NCBI GenBank assembly: GCA_024137785.1
Contig: JAHRHZ010000223.1
Span: forward strand, 15,672,967-15,736,966
Source: Ginglymostoma cirratum
Taxonomy: Eukaryota
Length of the DNA stretch: 64,000 nucleotides
Direction of reading: 5' to 3'
How positions within the stretch are numbered: the stretch's first letter is position 1; each line of letters opens with the position of its first letter. Under the pieces are notes generated by a model. The model ran no database searches and was not told the DNA's origin. It saw only the letters and a program-made list of their open reading frames with translations. The translations under genes were made by a program, and so were the position numbers. Positions 37,201 to 50,160 of the stretch are shown here, in pieces.

Positions 37201-39959
37201 GCTCAGTCTTGAAAACATTTTTGTAGTTTGAGTGGTTATGCTCCTTGAGTTCCATTTACTCAGACCAATTAGAGACTGGAGGGTGAAATATTTAAACACA
37301 ATCAGCCACTTTTTGTCCAAGTAAATGAACAGATAGAAGTTGAAAATTGTGGTGGAGGCAGCTTTGTCACACTATTGCCCAAGGCCATATGCAAGTGAGT
37401 TTATAAATGGTGAGCAGCAGGCCTGCTTGAAACAGGCATGAAACTCCCTCACTATGCAAAATGGAGTCCTACACTGATTGTAGAACCCGAGGGTGCTGAT
37501 GTTGCATTATTAAATCCTTTCAACAATTCATAGCTTTTCTTTACCTTGGCTCAGTTCTATGCCTGTGCTTAATGTTTGCCTTAATAATTGGGTTAAGACC
37601 AGATGAACGCAACTATTTACAGAAGTTGTTCTCAATGCCATTAAAAATTATGAATAACCATCATCCTTTATAATCTTAGGCTGTGAAATTATTTAACTAC
37701 CACATTTCAATATTTAAGAGATTTAACTAAAACATTTTTAAAATAAAACTTAAAATGTTTTTTTAAAATCTGATTATCAATCCATAGTGTAAATGCTTTT
37801 ATATTAAGCTCAATTTGTGATTTCATTCTTTCATAGAATGTGGCCATGTCATAGATTCAGCCAACACTAATTTCACTTGAGAATGTGATGGTGAGGTGCT
37901 GCTGTCCATGTGGAGTAAATACACCCACAGAACTGTTTGAAAGGCAGTTTCAAGACTTTGACCTTGTGACTTTGAAGAAATGCTGATATATTTCGTGTGA
38001 GGCTTGGAGAAGAATGTGCAGGTGGTGGTGCTACTATCACATTTGCTGGCTTTCTCCTAGGTACGTCGGAGAAAATTTGGTGATTTGCTGCCATGCGTCT
38101 TGTAGATGGTAAGCACTGCTTCCATTGTGTGTTTGTGACACTGTGCCAGATGTAAGTATGGTGATTGGGGGATTTTCTGTTGCCTGTTCTCCTGGCACAT
38201 GGCAGCAGTGAACATCAGAAAATTGCACACCCAACCTTTGACTTCCTGCCGTTAGTTTAATAGACAGAAAATTATGGGCTTGTGGTTGTATAATTTCTCA
38301 TGATATATCAGGAGCATCAAAAGGTGAAAATCTCCAAAATTCTTAAAATCTCATAAATTCAGTTCGCCAGAAACCTTTTACACTAATTCTACACTTTAAC
38401 CATGCTGAGTTTAAAATCCAGTTGATAAACTGCCAGAAGAGAGAAATAAAGCCTTAAGGCTTCATCAGGCTGCTGTCACAAAAAAAGCCAACGCTTTTGG
38501 CAATGCTTACCATTTACCAGATGCACTACAGCAAACTGTCAAGGGTCCTGTGCCAGCACCTTCCAAACCCATGGCATCTACCATTTAAAAGGACGAGGGC
38601 AGAAGATGTATGTGAATGCCACTGCCTGCAAGTTCTCCTTCACATTACACACCATCCTGACTTTCATCAGTTGAAGTTGTCATTGAGAGGATTTGATAAA
38701 CAGTTAAGCAAGCTAACAACAGTGTTAAGCTGTGAGTTAACTTCTATACTCTTGGCATGCCACCAACAATGAATAAATATCATAGTCAGAGTGTCATGTG
38801 TTAATAAGACTGGAATTATCATTCTAGCAATGTTTTCAGTCTGCACTTTGCTTCACAACATGTTCAAAAGAAACACTGAATAATTCCATGAAGGCACAGT
38901 GGAATGGGCCCATTTCTGAATAAATTAAATTCACTTTTTACAAAAAAAACTTCACCAAGATGACTAAAAACAGTGTTAGTTAGTTGTTTTGACAGAATGT
39001 ATTTCCCATGTTCAGGAGAACTCCTTTTCACTGTGAAATAAAGCAAGGTTACCCTAATCCCTTCAGAAGAAATTTTATTTCCCAGCTAAAGTATTCTTAA
39101 AAAATTATTCATCACCAATCAAGTAATACTTCAGCAACTGGAATATAATCTCAAAAATTGCAGTGATTTAAAATGCCACACTTACACATCTTGATTAATT
39201 TTGATAACAATTTATTTCAGACCTTCACAAAGTCTGCTATTGAATAAGGCATTATAGGAGAGGGACAAATGGTTGCACTTCATCCTTATTGCCCTGCTCC
39301 AAAGCTAACAGGCGGCTGGAAACTGAACAATTACTTCTGGCAATGAGCGCTGATAATGCATTTTAAATGAACTTGTATTAAAATCCATCTAAAATAGATA
39401 TAATTAACGCATCAGACCCATGTGCACATCACAAAGCTTTCATCAAAAATTATCCCCCTACAGCAATTCCAAGTCTATGTTTTGATTAAAACGGTAGTCA
39501 GCCAGTTTCATTTATAGTTATGAACTGGGGGCTAATTCTCCCTTACCTAAAGAAGGGTATTAAATCCAAGTGACACTCTGTTTGGAATTTGACATATAAG
39601 CAAAATATTACTTTCACCCCATTGATCTGTTGGCTCAAAAGCAACATTGTCCAGCATATCTATGTGGGATTATATCGGAGAAATATCTCCTTCAATGTAT
39701 TTTTCATGATTTCTATCACTTGAATGATACGTTGGGCAAAAAGTCAATTAGCCAAGTATTTTCTACTGTGCATAACATGGAGGTGGGGGGACATGAGCAC
39801 TTTAAAACATTCTTTTGTTATTAAGGACCTGGAAAACTGAAGACGATGATTTTAGAAGAATATTCTTGGAGCTCTGTTGCAACAGAAATGGTAACTTGCA
39901 TTTATACAAAGCATTTAGTATACAAATTGCCCGAAAGTGTTTCTCAGAAGTACAGAACA

Positions 39960-40340
39960 CATAGGAACCTGGAAAATTCCATCAGGATTAGACCAGTTAG
40001 ATGCAGAAAGGATGTTCTCGATGGTGGGGGGTGTCCAGAAGCAGGAGTCATAGTTTAAGGATAAGGAGTAAATGTAATAGGACTGAAATGAAATGAGCAG
40101 AAATCTTTTCACCCAGAGAGTAGTGTACCTGTGAACTTCACTACCACTGAAAGTGGCTGAGGCCAAAGTATTATGTGTTTTCAAGAGGGAGGTAGATATA
40201 GTTCTGGTGACTGAAGGGGTCAAGGGATAATGGATGAAAGCCTGGATTAGGGTATTGAGCTCAATGATCAGCCACTGAATTGTGGAGCAGGCTTGAAAGG
40301 TTGAATTGTCTACCCCTTCTCCTATCATCTTTGTTTCTAT
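39960..40340 (+). mobile_element. CR1 LINE 3' end
   Basis: Peptide remnant RNLFTQRVVYL*TSLPLKVAEAKVLCVFKREVD and tail gatcagcca..ggagcaggcttgaaaggttgaattgtctacc. Confidence 0.75.
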
Positions 40341-42559
40341 GTTTGTGAATATTGCTGACAAACCAAAGAAGACATTAGGAGACAGCATACATGATCAGAA
40401 AGATAAGTTTTGAGGAAAGTCCCACAAGGAAGTGAAGAGGCAGAGAATTTTAGAGAAGCATATTGTGGAGGTGTTGTTATAGGATGAGTATTTCAACAAT
40501 AAAAACAGAGACCGTGAAACATTCTTTTGGTATCAAGGACCTGAAAAACTGAAGAGGATTATGTTTAAGCTCAAGATGTTTAATATTCTACAGATCAACC
40601 AATATCTAACAGAATGGTGGAGCGGGCTCAAGAGGCCAAATGGTCTACTTTTGCTCTTATTTCCTATGTTTGTATAACCAATACAATCTTTTATTACACT
40701 TATATGAGAAAACTTGCGAAAAACAATAGGTTGGATTTATATTGGATTGGTATTATATGTATTTTAAATGAGATGAGTGGCCAATTCAATGGCATTAATG
40801 TCATTCTTCCCAGTTTTAAAATAACTTGGAACAGTTAGATGATGTTCTCTGTACTAACAGTGGTAAATTTGGGTGAATCATTTGGACACCCTAATACATT
40901 AACATGACTTACTGGATCATTGATCTTAGATATTGGAACGTGAAAGCTTTGTTAACTTTAACTGATTCATTCAATTTTTCTAAGTGACACATTCACAATG
41001 CCCTTATGACTCTTAAAGGTCAATTTAAACCAACCGGTCTTGCAGCAATGGGGTGAATGAGATTGAAATTGAGTGGTTTCTTTTTTTTTCGGTATTCCAA
41101 AGGCATTATTTGTTCCCAACTGACTGCTGCAACCCCACCATTTTAATTTACTTGGCTTCAATAATGTGAAGTCCACCTACCCAATAGGAGTGGAGGCTTA
41201 AATTGAGTTAAAATTCACACCCTCTGCTGTGGACTTAATTAAGACCAGTAAATCCTTGAATCTATTAGTAGAAACCAATGACTGCCAGATGTCTAGCTAG
41301 AGGAGATGCGGGTAAATTTTATTATTCTTAATTCTTGATTCTATGGGCAACATTTGCTCCTTTCCATTTTTTACATACCCCACTGAGGATTGTTTCCATG
41401 GGTCCCCAACAGTGGCCTGGTCCCCAACCTGCGCCATATATTCTGAATCCAGCTCAGCATCCATGGTGTTATGAAGAAGTCGCGAAGAAGGAATAACATT
41501 AGGGCGTGTAAAGGAGGCCCTAGGTCTCAATTCTGCCTGGATTCACATGTCCAAGGCTTGCCACCCATGTTGAGTCCTGCCATGGGTCCTTTTCCATGTC
41601 CCTTTGATTTCTACCTTGTTTCAGATGCCAACAGAGAGTAAACATATTCCTGTGCTTTTGCGCATGACTTTTGCCTTCTCCTCCAGTCGTTCTGCCAACC
41701 CATCCACCTTTGTGACTAAATACATTCCGATGCCAGTTAGGAAGTAGAAGGACTCATTATCCAATGGACGAAGCTTGACTGTCAGCCAAACTGCCTTTTA
41801 ATCCACCAATTGCACTATTTTTATACTTGGTAAGGAGAAATGTTCAAAGAAATTACAAAGTTGTCAATTTTTTGGGGGGGTTTCCAGGAATTTCCTCCAG
41901 TATTGAACCTAATGTTGTCGTGGAGATTGCTATGCAATTTGTGGAGACCCCAAGCTAATCTCAGACAGCTGGCAACCATACCAGAGTTAAAATTAGGATT
42001 TTCATTTTCAGAAGACCTAAAATAAGTGCAAGGTTCATAAAGAGTGGAAATTCTGAATTGTTACATCCAGAGGAGTGCCTAAGTTTTGGGGACCAGTTTT
42101 CTAACATTATGTGGCTACCTAAAATAGGGTATTAATCACCAAAATAAATGAACAAGAATAATGTCTGTTTTAAGTCTCCCAATCTTCATGTTGCATTCTG
42201 ATACAGCATGGTCATTGCTTCAGATTTACCTATGGTTGCTGCATTCCGAGTGCTGAGTGTCACCAAAATGTATGTGAAAAATATCTTCCTCTTGAGCCAG
42301 GAGGAACAAGTGTAACACTCTCACATACCACACCGCCCCCCCCACATCAGTGACAGCACATTACCCACAATCGATCTCCCATTCCCTTCTCTCTCCTCCC
42401 TCATCATTTCCATTCCATCTCCCCCACCCATGACCAACCTCAGGGCTGCTCTGCCAAGACAATTGGCCTGAAATTTAGTTGCTAAAAATGGGCAAAATCT
42501 CTGCGGAGGTCAGATAGTCCCAGCAATGAGGCCTGGGGTCTAAGAGTGGGCTAGTGTTG

Positions 42560-43040
42560 AGCCAGCTGGCTCAGGTTTGCTTTGGCAGCACGGCATCATC
42601 CAGACTTTGAAGAATTCCTAATCCAAATTCCTATTCCATACCTAGGATGTGCTATTGGCACAGGGGATCTGCTGTGCAACCTCTCAGTTCTAACCTCCAA
42701 TATATTCCTATCAGTGTAGCCCTCAAATTTTATAAATTCCTATTGTCATTGCTCCTCTCAATTTTCCTGTGTCCTTCTTTCAAACTGCAAAATAGTATGA
42801 TATCCAGGATATCCTTCCTCCCATCTGCAGTGTATGATTGCCTGTCTTGTGCTCATTCTTTGCTAATGCCTCAAAACTGTGGAACTTCCTATCTCCCAAA
42901 GTCTTTCTTCCTTCCCACAATCTAGAGCATTTGCAAACCCAAGCTTGGTGTCACCGAACACAATGTCCTGATTTATTTCCTATTCACGACTATGCTGTTC
43001 AAACTTGGTGGTGCCCTGCACTATGGGCTTTGGCCTTGCA
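42560..43040 (+). mobile_element. Old CR1/L2-clade LINE ORF2 C-terminus
   Basis: SFFANASKLWNFLSPKVFLPSHNLEHLQ matches the SFF.RT.KLWNSLP..VFP..YNL..FK terminal motif of these LINEs. Confidence 0.5.
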
Positions 43041-43957
43041 TCTAAGTTTCTCAATATGATTGCTGCATTTCCTGCCTTCCTACTTTCTTTCTCATTTTCA
43101 GTCTACTTTCTAGTTTATTTCAAAGTCTGGCTTCCAGCTAATCCCTAAAATCCAACCACTTTCAGAAACACTGCATGAACACTCCTCCCCCCATGAAAGT
43201 GTAGATGACGTGTCAATAAAATATTCCGATTATGTTATAACTAATATCATTAGCAGAGGAAACCTTGTGCCATTAAACTTTACCTGCAGTCACATACGCT
43301 GCAGCTAAATGACTCTCTCTATATATCAACCCACTGACTACAGACTAAACACAGACAGACTGAGATCTTTTTCCATTTTATACCATTTAATGCAATACTG
43401 GTTCATGATAAAATGGATGCAAAGAGGTTACAGCAAATAATGTTTAATTTTTTTAAAAAATTGAATTATTCCATTATTTTTCCTTCAAATACATGCAGAA
43501 AGTGTTTATTTGATGCTAGAGGTATTTTTTTAAACAAAATCTGTAATGTCTAATGGCTCAAAATTAGCAAGTGGCATTCAAAATGTATTTTGTAAGGTGT
43601 GAATAAAATGATACAAACATGTTAATAAATAAAATATGAAATGGGGAGATTGGTTTCTTCTGGACTTAATTTTGGTGCAATTGCTATAAGGAAATGTAAT
43701 ATTATGCTGGAGATTTCTTCAGAAGTTATCCTCATTCAGTGGGGACCCTGAATAAAATGAGTTTCTGCCAATGTTACAGCAGTTGACTGGGACAATACCC
43801 GAGGACATTTCTGCCATTAAGTATTCACGTAAAGCTTGGTTTTCAAGTTTTGCAGGTCAAAGTCAAACTTCAGTATTTAAGAAATAAAATCTTTGTAGAA
43901 TTCCATCAACATAGGCTTTATGGAATGACTTTTGTGTTGCATTTTTAAACATGCGAC

Positions 43958-43995
43958 AATATTGCCACCTTCTGGTACAAATGGAACCTGCCACA
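43958..43995 (-). promoter_or_regulatory. Candidate CTCF site (core plus upstream module)
   Basis: Minus strand reads GGCAGGTTCC-ATTTGTA-CCAGAAGGTGGCAAT. The core fits CCASYAGRKGGCR with one mismatch, and a TGCAGTTCC-like module lies upstream. Confidence 0.5.
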
Positions 43996-46227
43996 GGGAA
44001 AACAAACTGATTTTCAAACATTGTTATTCTCACTTCTTGGGAATGAATTTTTAAAAACTTTTTGAGTACTCTTATAAGTTTAGCAGAATAATCTCACAAA
44101 GTACTCTTTGAGAAAAGATAAAGATGAGGAAGATATACATAGCATGTTGAGGAGAGAAGTTGAAACGTACAGACAACTTGACTGAAGTATAGCAATGGGC
44201 AGTGGTACATTTTAATTTTTATATAAGAACATCTCATGTTATGTTCAAGAGGGAAAACCCCACGTAAAATTATTTCAGCAGTAGTTACATAGCACAGACC
44301 AAGAATTGCTACCTGTTTGCTTGTGTTGGCTGTAAATTAAAATTAAACGACAGGTTATAATGCCAAAAAAAACAAACAGAAATAGAGCTTCTGGTGTAGT
44401 GCTGAAGGCAGAAAAATATATTTTTTAATTAGAAAGGAAAGAATCACTACCTTAGAAGAAAAAATACTCAGTAGATGTCTTGGCTAGGATTAGCTAACAT
44501 AAATTTTGGCGCAAATGCTAAGTTTTATCGATTGAATATTTCCTAGTTGACAATACCAGGGTTAATCCCTGCCAGGGGCTGAGGTCAAATATAGGGTTCT
44601 AGGAAAAGTCTAGCTGGTCACTGGTTAGCCCTCAATACATGTATTTGCAAAAGCAGGCAATGAGTAATTTGCAATATCTTTCATTGTTTCAGGACATGAG
44701 AAATCCTGTAAACTTTAGTCGAACTTTAGAAAACAATGAAAAAATTTAATATTTCCTATTTTGACTCAACATCACTCTAGAGATTTAGCATTGGAAAAAT
44801 CATTTCGTTTGTGTAATTAATATTTTTGACAGGTCAAATTATGTGATGATGATACATAGGCTTATTTGAATGTTATATGCATTGAAAAAATGTCTAAGGA
44901 AAAGCGCAAAAGAAGCAGAACAAAGCCTTGGCAGTGAGTACAAAGACAGATTCAGCCAGTCAAAAATTGACCTTCCAACAGATGAAATGTAACATTACAG
45001 GAAAATCTGCAGCAACTGCCAGAATCGCTCTTACGTAACAGTGAGACAGGGGAGTTGGGTGAGCATTTCATCCAAATGTAAGACAGCTTCCCAGTCACAC
45101 GTTGTATGACTGACAGGCGAAAGTGCTCCAATAGGATCTGTAGATGCGAAGGTGAAAGGTTATTTTGCAAATACTGGAAGGATCATAAGAGCACCAAAAA
45201 TCACCATTGAGGTGATTTTTCAGATGAGACGAATTAAAGGGTGTTTATGGAAAATAATTTGGACAAAGAATTAATACTACAAAAAGCACTAAGTTACTTA
45301 CCATGTATTATCCATATTTGCTTTGGTCATGACAATGGAGGAACCACAGTGTAAAGAGTAGATCCTAGCTTGCAGGTTCTGAAATGGTGTGCAGCTGTTC
45401 CTTAAGTGTGGGGCCTGCAGTACGAACCTTGGAGTGTCCTAGCAATGGTGAGCACTTATACCTCTCCACAGCATATTTCACAAGTCCCCCAAGAATGGTG
45501 TCCAAGAGGTCAGTTGTATAATTAAGCAGGCAGACAGGTTTATCAGAGGTATTGGGTAAACTGGATTAAAGGATGGACAGTCCACTGACATGGTATCAGT
45601 ACAACGCTGGCTCTAGCATTGTGTGTTTGGCAGTCTCCATGAATAGCTTTGCAATAGACACAGACAGCCAGTGCCAGCGCAGTCTGGCTTTGCTGGAAAT
45701 GCACAGAGTCCTGCACCACAGGAACGAGGGCCTTGACCCTGCCCCAAGTGTGCATTCCTTTCATGGAGACAGGATGATGGCAGGAGGCTTGCATAGCGAG
45801 GAGCAACCACACATGGGACCCCCAGAAGCTTTTTCTCAGAATCATCCAGAGGCACCCTATCCCGCATCCTATGACCTGAAAGCCTGCAGAAGTTCAAGCC
45901 CAGGACTGTGAGCCTATATTTGAGCAGTAGACTCTCAGTTGCCTCTCCTTAGGCACCAAAGCACCAGGAGGATGACCATCCAGGTTTTCCTAACAAGGCC
46001 AACCTCACAGAGCAGGCACCCTTGCTCAAAGGGTCAGTGAATATGCACTAAAAGTGCAATGTTTTGTAGACAAGGCTGGAGTTCTTGCAATAAGCACAAA
46101 CTTAGTGATTACTAAGAAAGCAATATAAGAATCACAACTATGTCCCTGTGCAGGTACAGGAGATGCATGCCCCTGTGTGCAAAGTGGCATGCAAATACCA
46201 ACTAGCCCCAATCTCAAAAGTACTTTT

Positions 46228-46588
46228 GAATCATTGAATCCCTACAGCTTGGAAAGAGGCCAACTGGCCTAACAATCTGCACCAACTCCTCCCAAAGAGC
46301 GTTGTACCCAGACCCAGTCTCCGACCCTAGCCTTGTAACTCCAAATTTCCTACGGCTAACCCACTGAATCTGCACAATCCTGGACATTACAGGACAATTT
46401 AGCATTGCCAATCCATTTAATCTGCACATCTTTGGTCAGTGAAACAAAGCTGGAGCACCCATAGAAAACTCACACAGAACTGTGAAGAACTTGTAAACTC
46501 TATACAAACAGTCCCCAAGGTTGGATTCAAACTTAGGTCCCTGGCATTGTGAGGCAGCATTGCTAACCACTGAGCCACCATGCCACCC
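46228..46588 (-). mobile_element. HE1-type tRNA-derived V-SINE (older copy)
   Basis: Minus strand: A box TGGCTCAGTGG, degenerate B box, V-domain (ccaaagatgtgcag..ggattggcaatgctaaattgtcc), tail ctgtagggattcaatgattc. Confidence 0.85.
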
Positions 46589-48519
46589 ATGAAGAGCTGA
46601 AGATTTCTATTATTTGATCATGGGATGTGTGCATCACTAGCTAGGCCAGCATTTATCACCCATCCCTAATTGCCTTGAGGGCATTTAAGTGTCAACCATA
46701 TGGCTGATATGGATGGCAGATTTACTTCCCTTAACGACACAAATGAAGCAGAAGGGATCTCATAATAATCAACATTGGTTACGTGGTCAGCATTGGACCT
46801 TTTTTTTTGTTTCAGATATTATTGAATTCAAATTTTGCTATGTGTCATGGTGGGATTTGAACCAATGTCCCCAGGACATTAGCCTGTTCTGGATCACTAG
46901 CCCAGTGAAATTACTAATAGGCTACTGTATCTCCTGAAAGTGGCAATGAGTGTTGGATTGAGATCAGCCATGATGATGCAATGAGGCTGGTGGTTTGCTC
47001 ATGTTGGCTTGCGTGAATGAAGAGTTAAAGAGAATGTTTTCATGAAGCATGCAGAAACCTTGTTGTGGAGAATGAGTTAGACAGATGATCAGGTCAAGCT
47101 CTCAGTGAGCAGCAGCCACCAGGTAACCGCTCTGATTTACATGCTTAGATTAGAGTGCAACTAGCTTGTCAGGGAAGGAGGAGGAGGATTGAAAATGATG
47201 TATAAATGAGGTGAGTTGGGGCTTCAGTGAGATGTAAATGCATGAAATGAGGCAGTTTGCACTCAATGGTGAGATTCTGAAGTGTTTTAAGGCTGGAATT
47301 GAAAATTGTAAGCATTTTTCTTGATGTGGAGATTCTGATTGACATTCATTTTTCTGCATTTTCCCCACCATTTTCTCCATTGTTCATGCCATGCCAGACA
47401 GGCCCATCTTTCCTGAAGTGCTGCATTAGGTTTTGCCTGTGTGAAAGGGAGCAACCAGAGAGCAGTGCCAGAAATGTTCATTTTGTTATTGGATATCAGG
47501 AGCATGGAAATGAAAAGGGTTTGTACAAATTCAAATAAAACAAGCATTAGAAACAATCTCATTGATCTGTTCCATGAGGCAATGTGCACAAATGGTTAAG
47601 TGGAAGACAGTAAAATTGAGGATTATCAGATTAGCCATAATCTCATTTAATAGCAGAGATGACTTGATGAGCTAGTCCTAGGTCTTATGGTCTCACCTAC
47701 ACTGATCACCCAACTGAACCTGTAAAAGTCTGCTGTGTTTTGATAGAGAGTACAAGAGGGTTTTGGCGCATTGCTGCGAGTGTGTGTTTGAGGAGTCACA
47801 GGGAGAAACGTTTTTGAAGGATCTGAATGTTCTTGGCCTGCTGTGTTCATCCAGCTGTATACCTTGTTATCTCCGTGTTTCGATAGATATGTTTTTTCGT
47901 TTTTAAAATATTATTTCTTTCTGACTTACCTTGTCTGAATATCAGCATTATTTTAGCAGGTTGACTTACTGATCCAGTATGCTTTCTTTACCAGCAAGCA
48001 ATTTCTTTCCACCTTCAAAATCTGTGCATAAGCATCAACAGGTTAATCTGTTCTTGCACCCTTCTCAAAATTGTATCATTTAGATCATACTGCTTCTCCA
48101 TACCCTTGCTCTCAATGTGCATTACTTCACACAAATCTACATAAAATTGCATCTGTCATTTTAACAATCTGTCAACAACTTCCTAAAATCTACTACTGTC
48201 ATGTTCACTTTTTGCTGGAACAAAAAGTGAGCAACCTTGGCAAGCTGTGTATTATTTGCAAACTTTAACATTGCACATTATATCTGTGTGGCAGAAGTTT
48301 GCATGTAACAAGGAATGTAATTGTCCTAATTGTGACCTCTGAGGAATCCACTGCAGATTGGCAAGATTCTTCAACTGGTGGAGTTCCCACTGTGTCATCA
48401 AAAGATTCGATGGGGAATACATTCTGCCCCCATCTGAACAGCATGATTTGACTGCAGTCAGAAATTTGACACCTCCCATCAGACACAAGTGTCATCTCAG
48501 AGGTGTACAGTTTTAAATT

Positions 48520-48900
48520 GTTTAATTATAGTCACATGTACAAGATACAGTGAAAAGTTGTTTTGCGCAATATGCAGCCAGATCTGACGATACAAAGTGC
48601 ATCACGGTAGCAGAACAGACAGCAGAATACAGTGTTACACACACGCACAGAAAGAGATCAGAATTAACATTTGAAAGGTCCATTCAAAAGTCTGGTAACA
48701 GCAAAGAAAAAGCAGTTCTTGAACCTATTCATACGTGTATTCAAAATTTTATATCTTCTGCCCAATGGAAGAGGGTGGAAGGACGTATAACTGGGTGGGA
48801 GAGGTCTTTGATTATGTTGGTTGCTTTCCTGAGGCAATGGATGGGGTCAATGGATGGAAGACTGGTTTTACATGATAGACTGGGCTGTATTCACAACTCT
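48520..48900 (-). mobile_element. Rex1/Babar-type LINE 3' fragment (forms the spacer of the inverted repeat)
   Basis: Minus-strand remnant LRKATNIIKDLSHP..LFHWAEDIK/GRRYK..NTRMNRFKNCFF..VTRLLNG plus tail cttttcactgtatcttgtacatgtgac. Confidence 0.65.
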
Positions 48901-49375
48901 TGTACATGTGACTATAATTAAACAATTTAAAGCTGTACATCTCTGAGGTGACACTTGTGTCTGATGGGAGGTGTCAAATTTCTGACTGCAGTCAAATCAT
49001 GTTGTTCAGATGGGAGCAGAAATGAAGGATGTATTCCCCATCAAGTCTTTTGATGACACAGTGGGAACTCCACAATTTGAAGAATCTTGCCAATCTGCAG
49101 TGGATTCCTCAGAGGTCCAGATTAGGACAATTACATTCCTTGTTAGATGCAAACTTCTGCAGCACAGATATAATGTGCAATGTTAAAGTTTGCTGATAAT
49201 ACACAACTTGCCAATGTTGCTCACTTTTTATTCCAGCAAAAAGTGAACATGACAGTAGTAGATTTTAGGAAGTCGTTGACAGCTTGTAAAATGACAGATG
49301 CAATTTTATGCAGATTTGTGTTAAGTAATGCACATTGAGAGAACGAGTATGGAGAAGCAGTATGATCTAAATGAT

Positions 49376-49621
49376 GAACAAAAACAAAGTTGCTGGAAAA
49401 GCTCAGCAGGTCTGGCAGCATCGTGAAGGAAAAAAGCAGAGTTAACGTTTCGGGTCCGTGACCCTTCCTGAGAAACCTTCCTCCTTTGAGGAAGGGTCTC
49501 CAGACCCGAAACGTTAACTCTGTTTTTGTCTTCACAGATGCTGTCAGACTTGCTGAGCTTTTCCAGCAACTTTTGTTTTTGTTCCTGATTTACAGCATCC
49601 GCAGTTCTTTCTGTTTTTACT
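49376..49621. mobile_element. Palindromic Penelope-like mini-insertion with perfect 15 bp TSD
   Basis: 49376..~49470 is the reverse complement of ~49487..49584; the right arm extends ~37 nt. Both arms carry GGGTC..GACCCGAAACGTTAACTC. TSD tatgatctaaatgat at 49361..49375 and 49622..49636; the left arm of the long inverted repeat shows the empty site. Confidence 0.92.
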
Positions 49622-49639
49622 TATGATCTAAATGATCTT

Positions 49640-50160
49640 ATGATCATTTTAAGAGGGATGCAAGAACAGATTAACCTATTGATGCTTATGCATAGATTTT
49701 GAAGGCGGAAAGATTTTGCTAGCTGGTGAAGAAAGCAAGGCTTACACAGAAGGCTGTGTAAATAGTGGCAGTGATCAAAAAAACAAGGAAGTCATGCTGA
49801 ATCTCTGCACATCACCATTTAGTCCACAACTTAAACACAGCATACAATTCAGGGCATTATATTCTAACAATGGAGTTAATGGAGAAGTTACAGGCAAGAT
49901 TATCAGGATGATGCTGGTAAAGGATTTATGTGGAGAGAATGGAGAAGTTGAAATTCCTCTCTTTAAAGCAGAGACGCTGAGGAGAGATTATTTACAGACA
50001 TTCAAGATTAGGAGGCTTCTAATGAGCAGAAAAGGTAATATTATTTCATCTGGAAAATGGGTCTGTAACCAGACATCATTGATTTAAAATAAGTGTCAAA
50101 ATTAAAGAGCTGTCACAGGTATGAGAGGCTGAATGGTCTTCTCTGCTGTGTGATTCAATT
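49640..50160 (+). mobile_element. Highly decayed CR1 LINE fragment
   Basis: KNKEVMLNLCTSPFSPQLKHSIQFRALY resembles K.KEVML.LY.SLVRPQLEYCVQFW.P; tail ggctgaatggtcttc near 50127. Confidence 0.55.

Larger units (their letters stand above)
47980..49737. repeat. Long inverted duplication: left arm 47980..48545, right arm 48898..49737 (interrupted by the 49376 element), 352 bp spacer
   Basis: Arms are colinear reverse complements, e.g. gcatgatttgactgcagtcagaaatttgacacctcccatcagacacaagtgtca vs tgacacttgtgtctgatgggaggtgtcaaatttctgactgcagtcaaatcatg; the ORF track shows matching peptides on opposite strands (HLDHTASPY..SQCALL.TNLHKIASVIL). Confidence 0.92.

Noticed and set aside
45400-46200. GC-raised block with ~100 aa ORFs on both strands
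   Set aside because: No identifiable domain or splice pattern; most likely decayed transposon interior.
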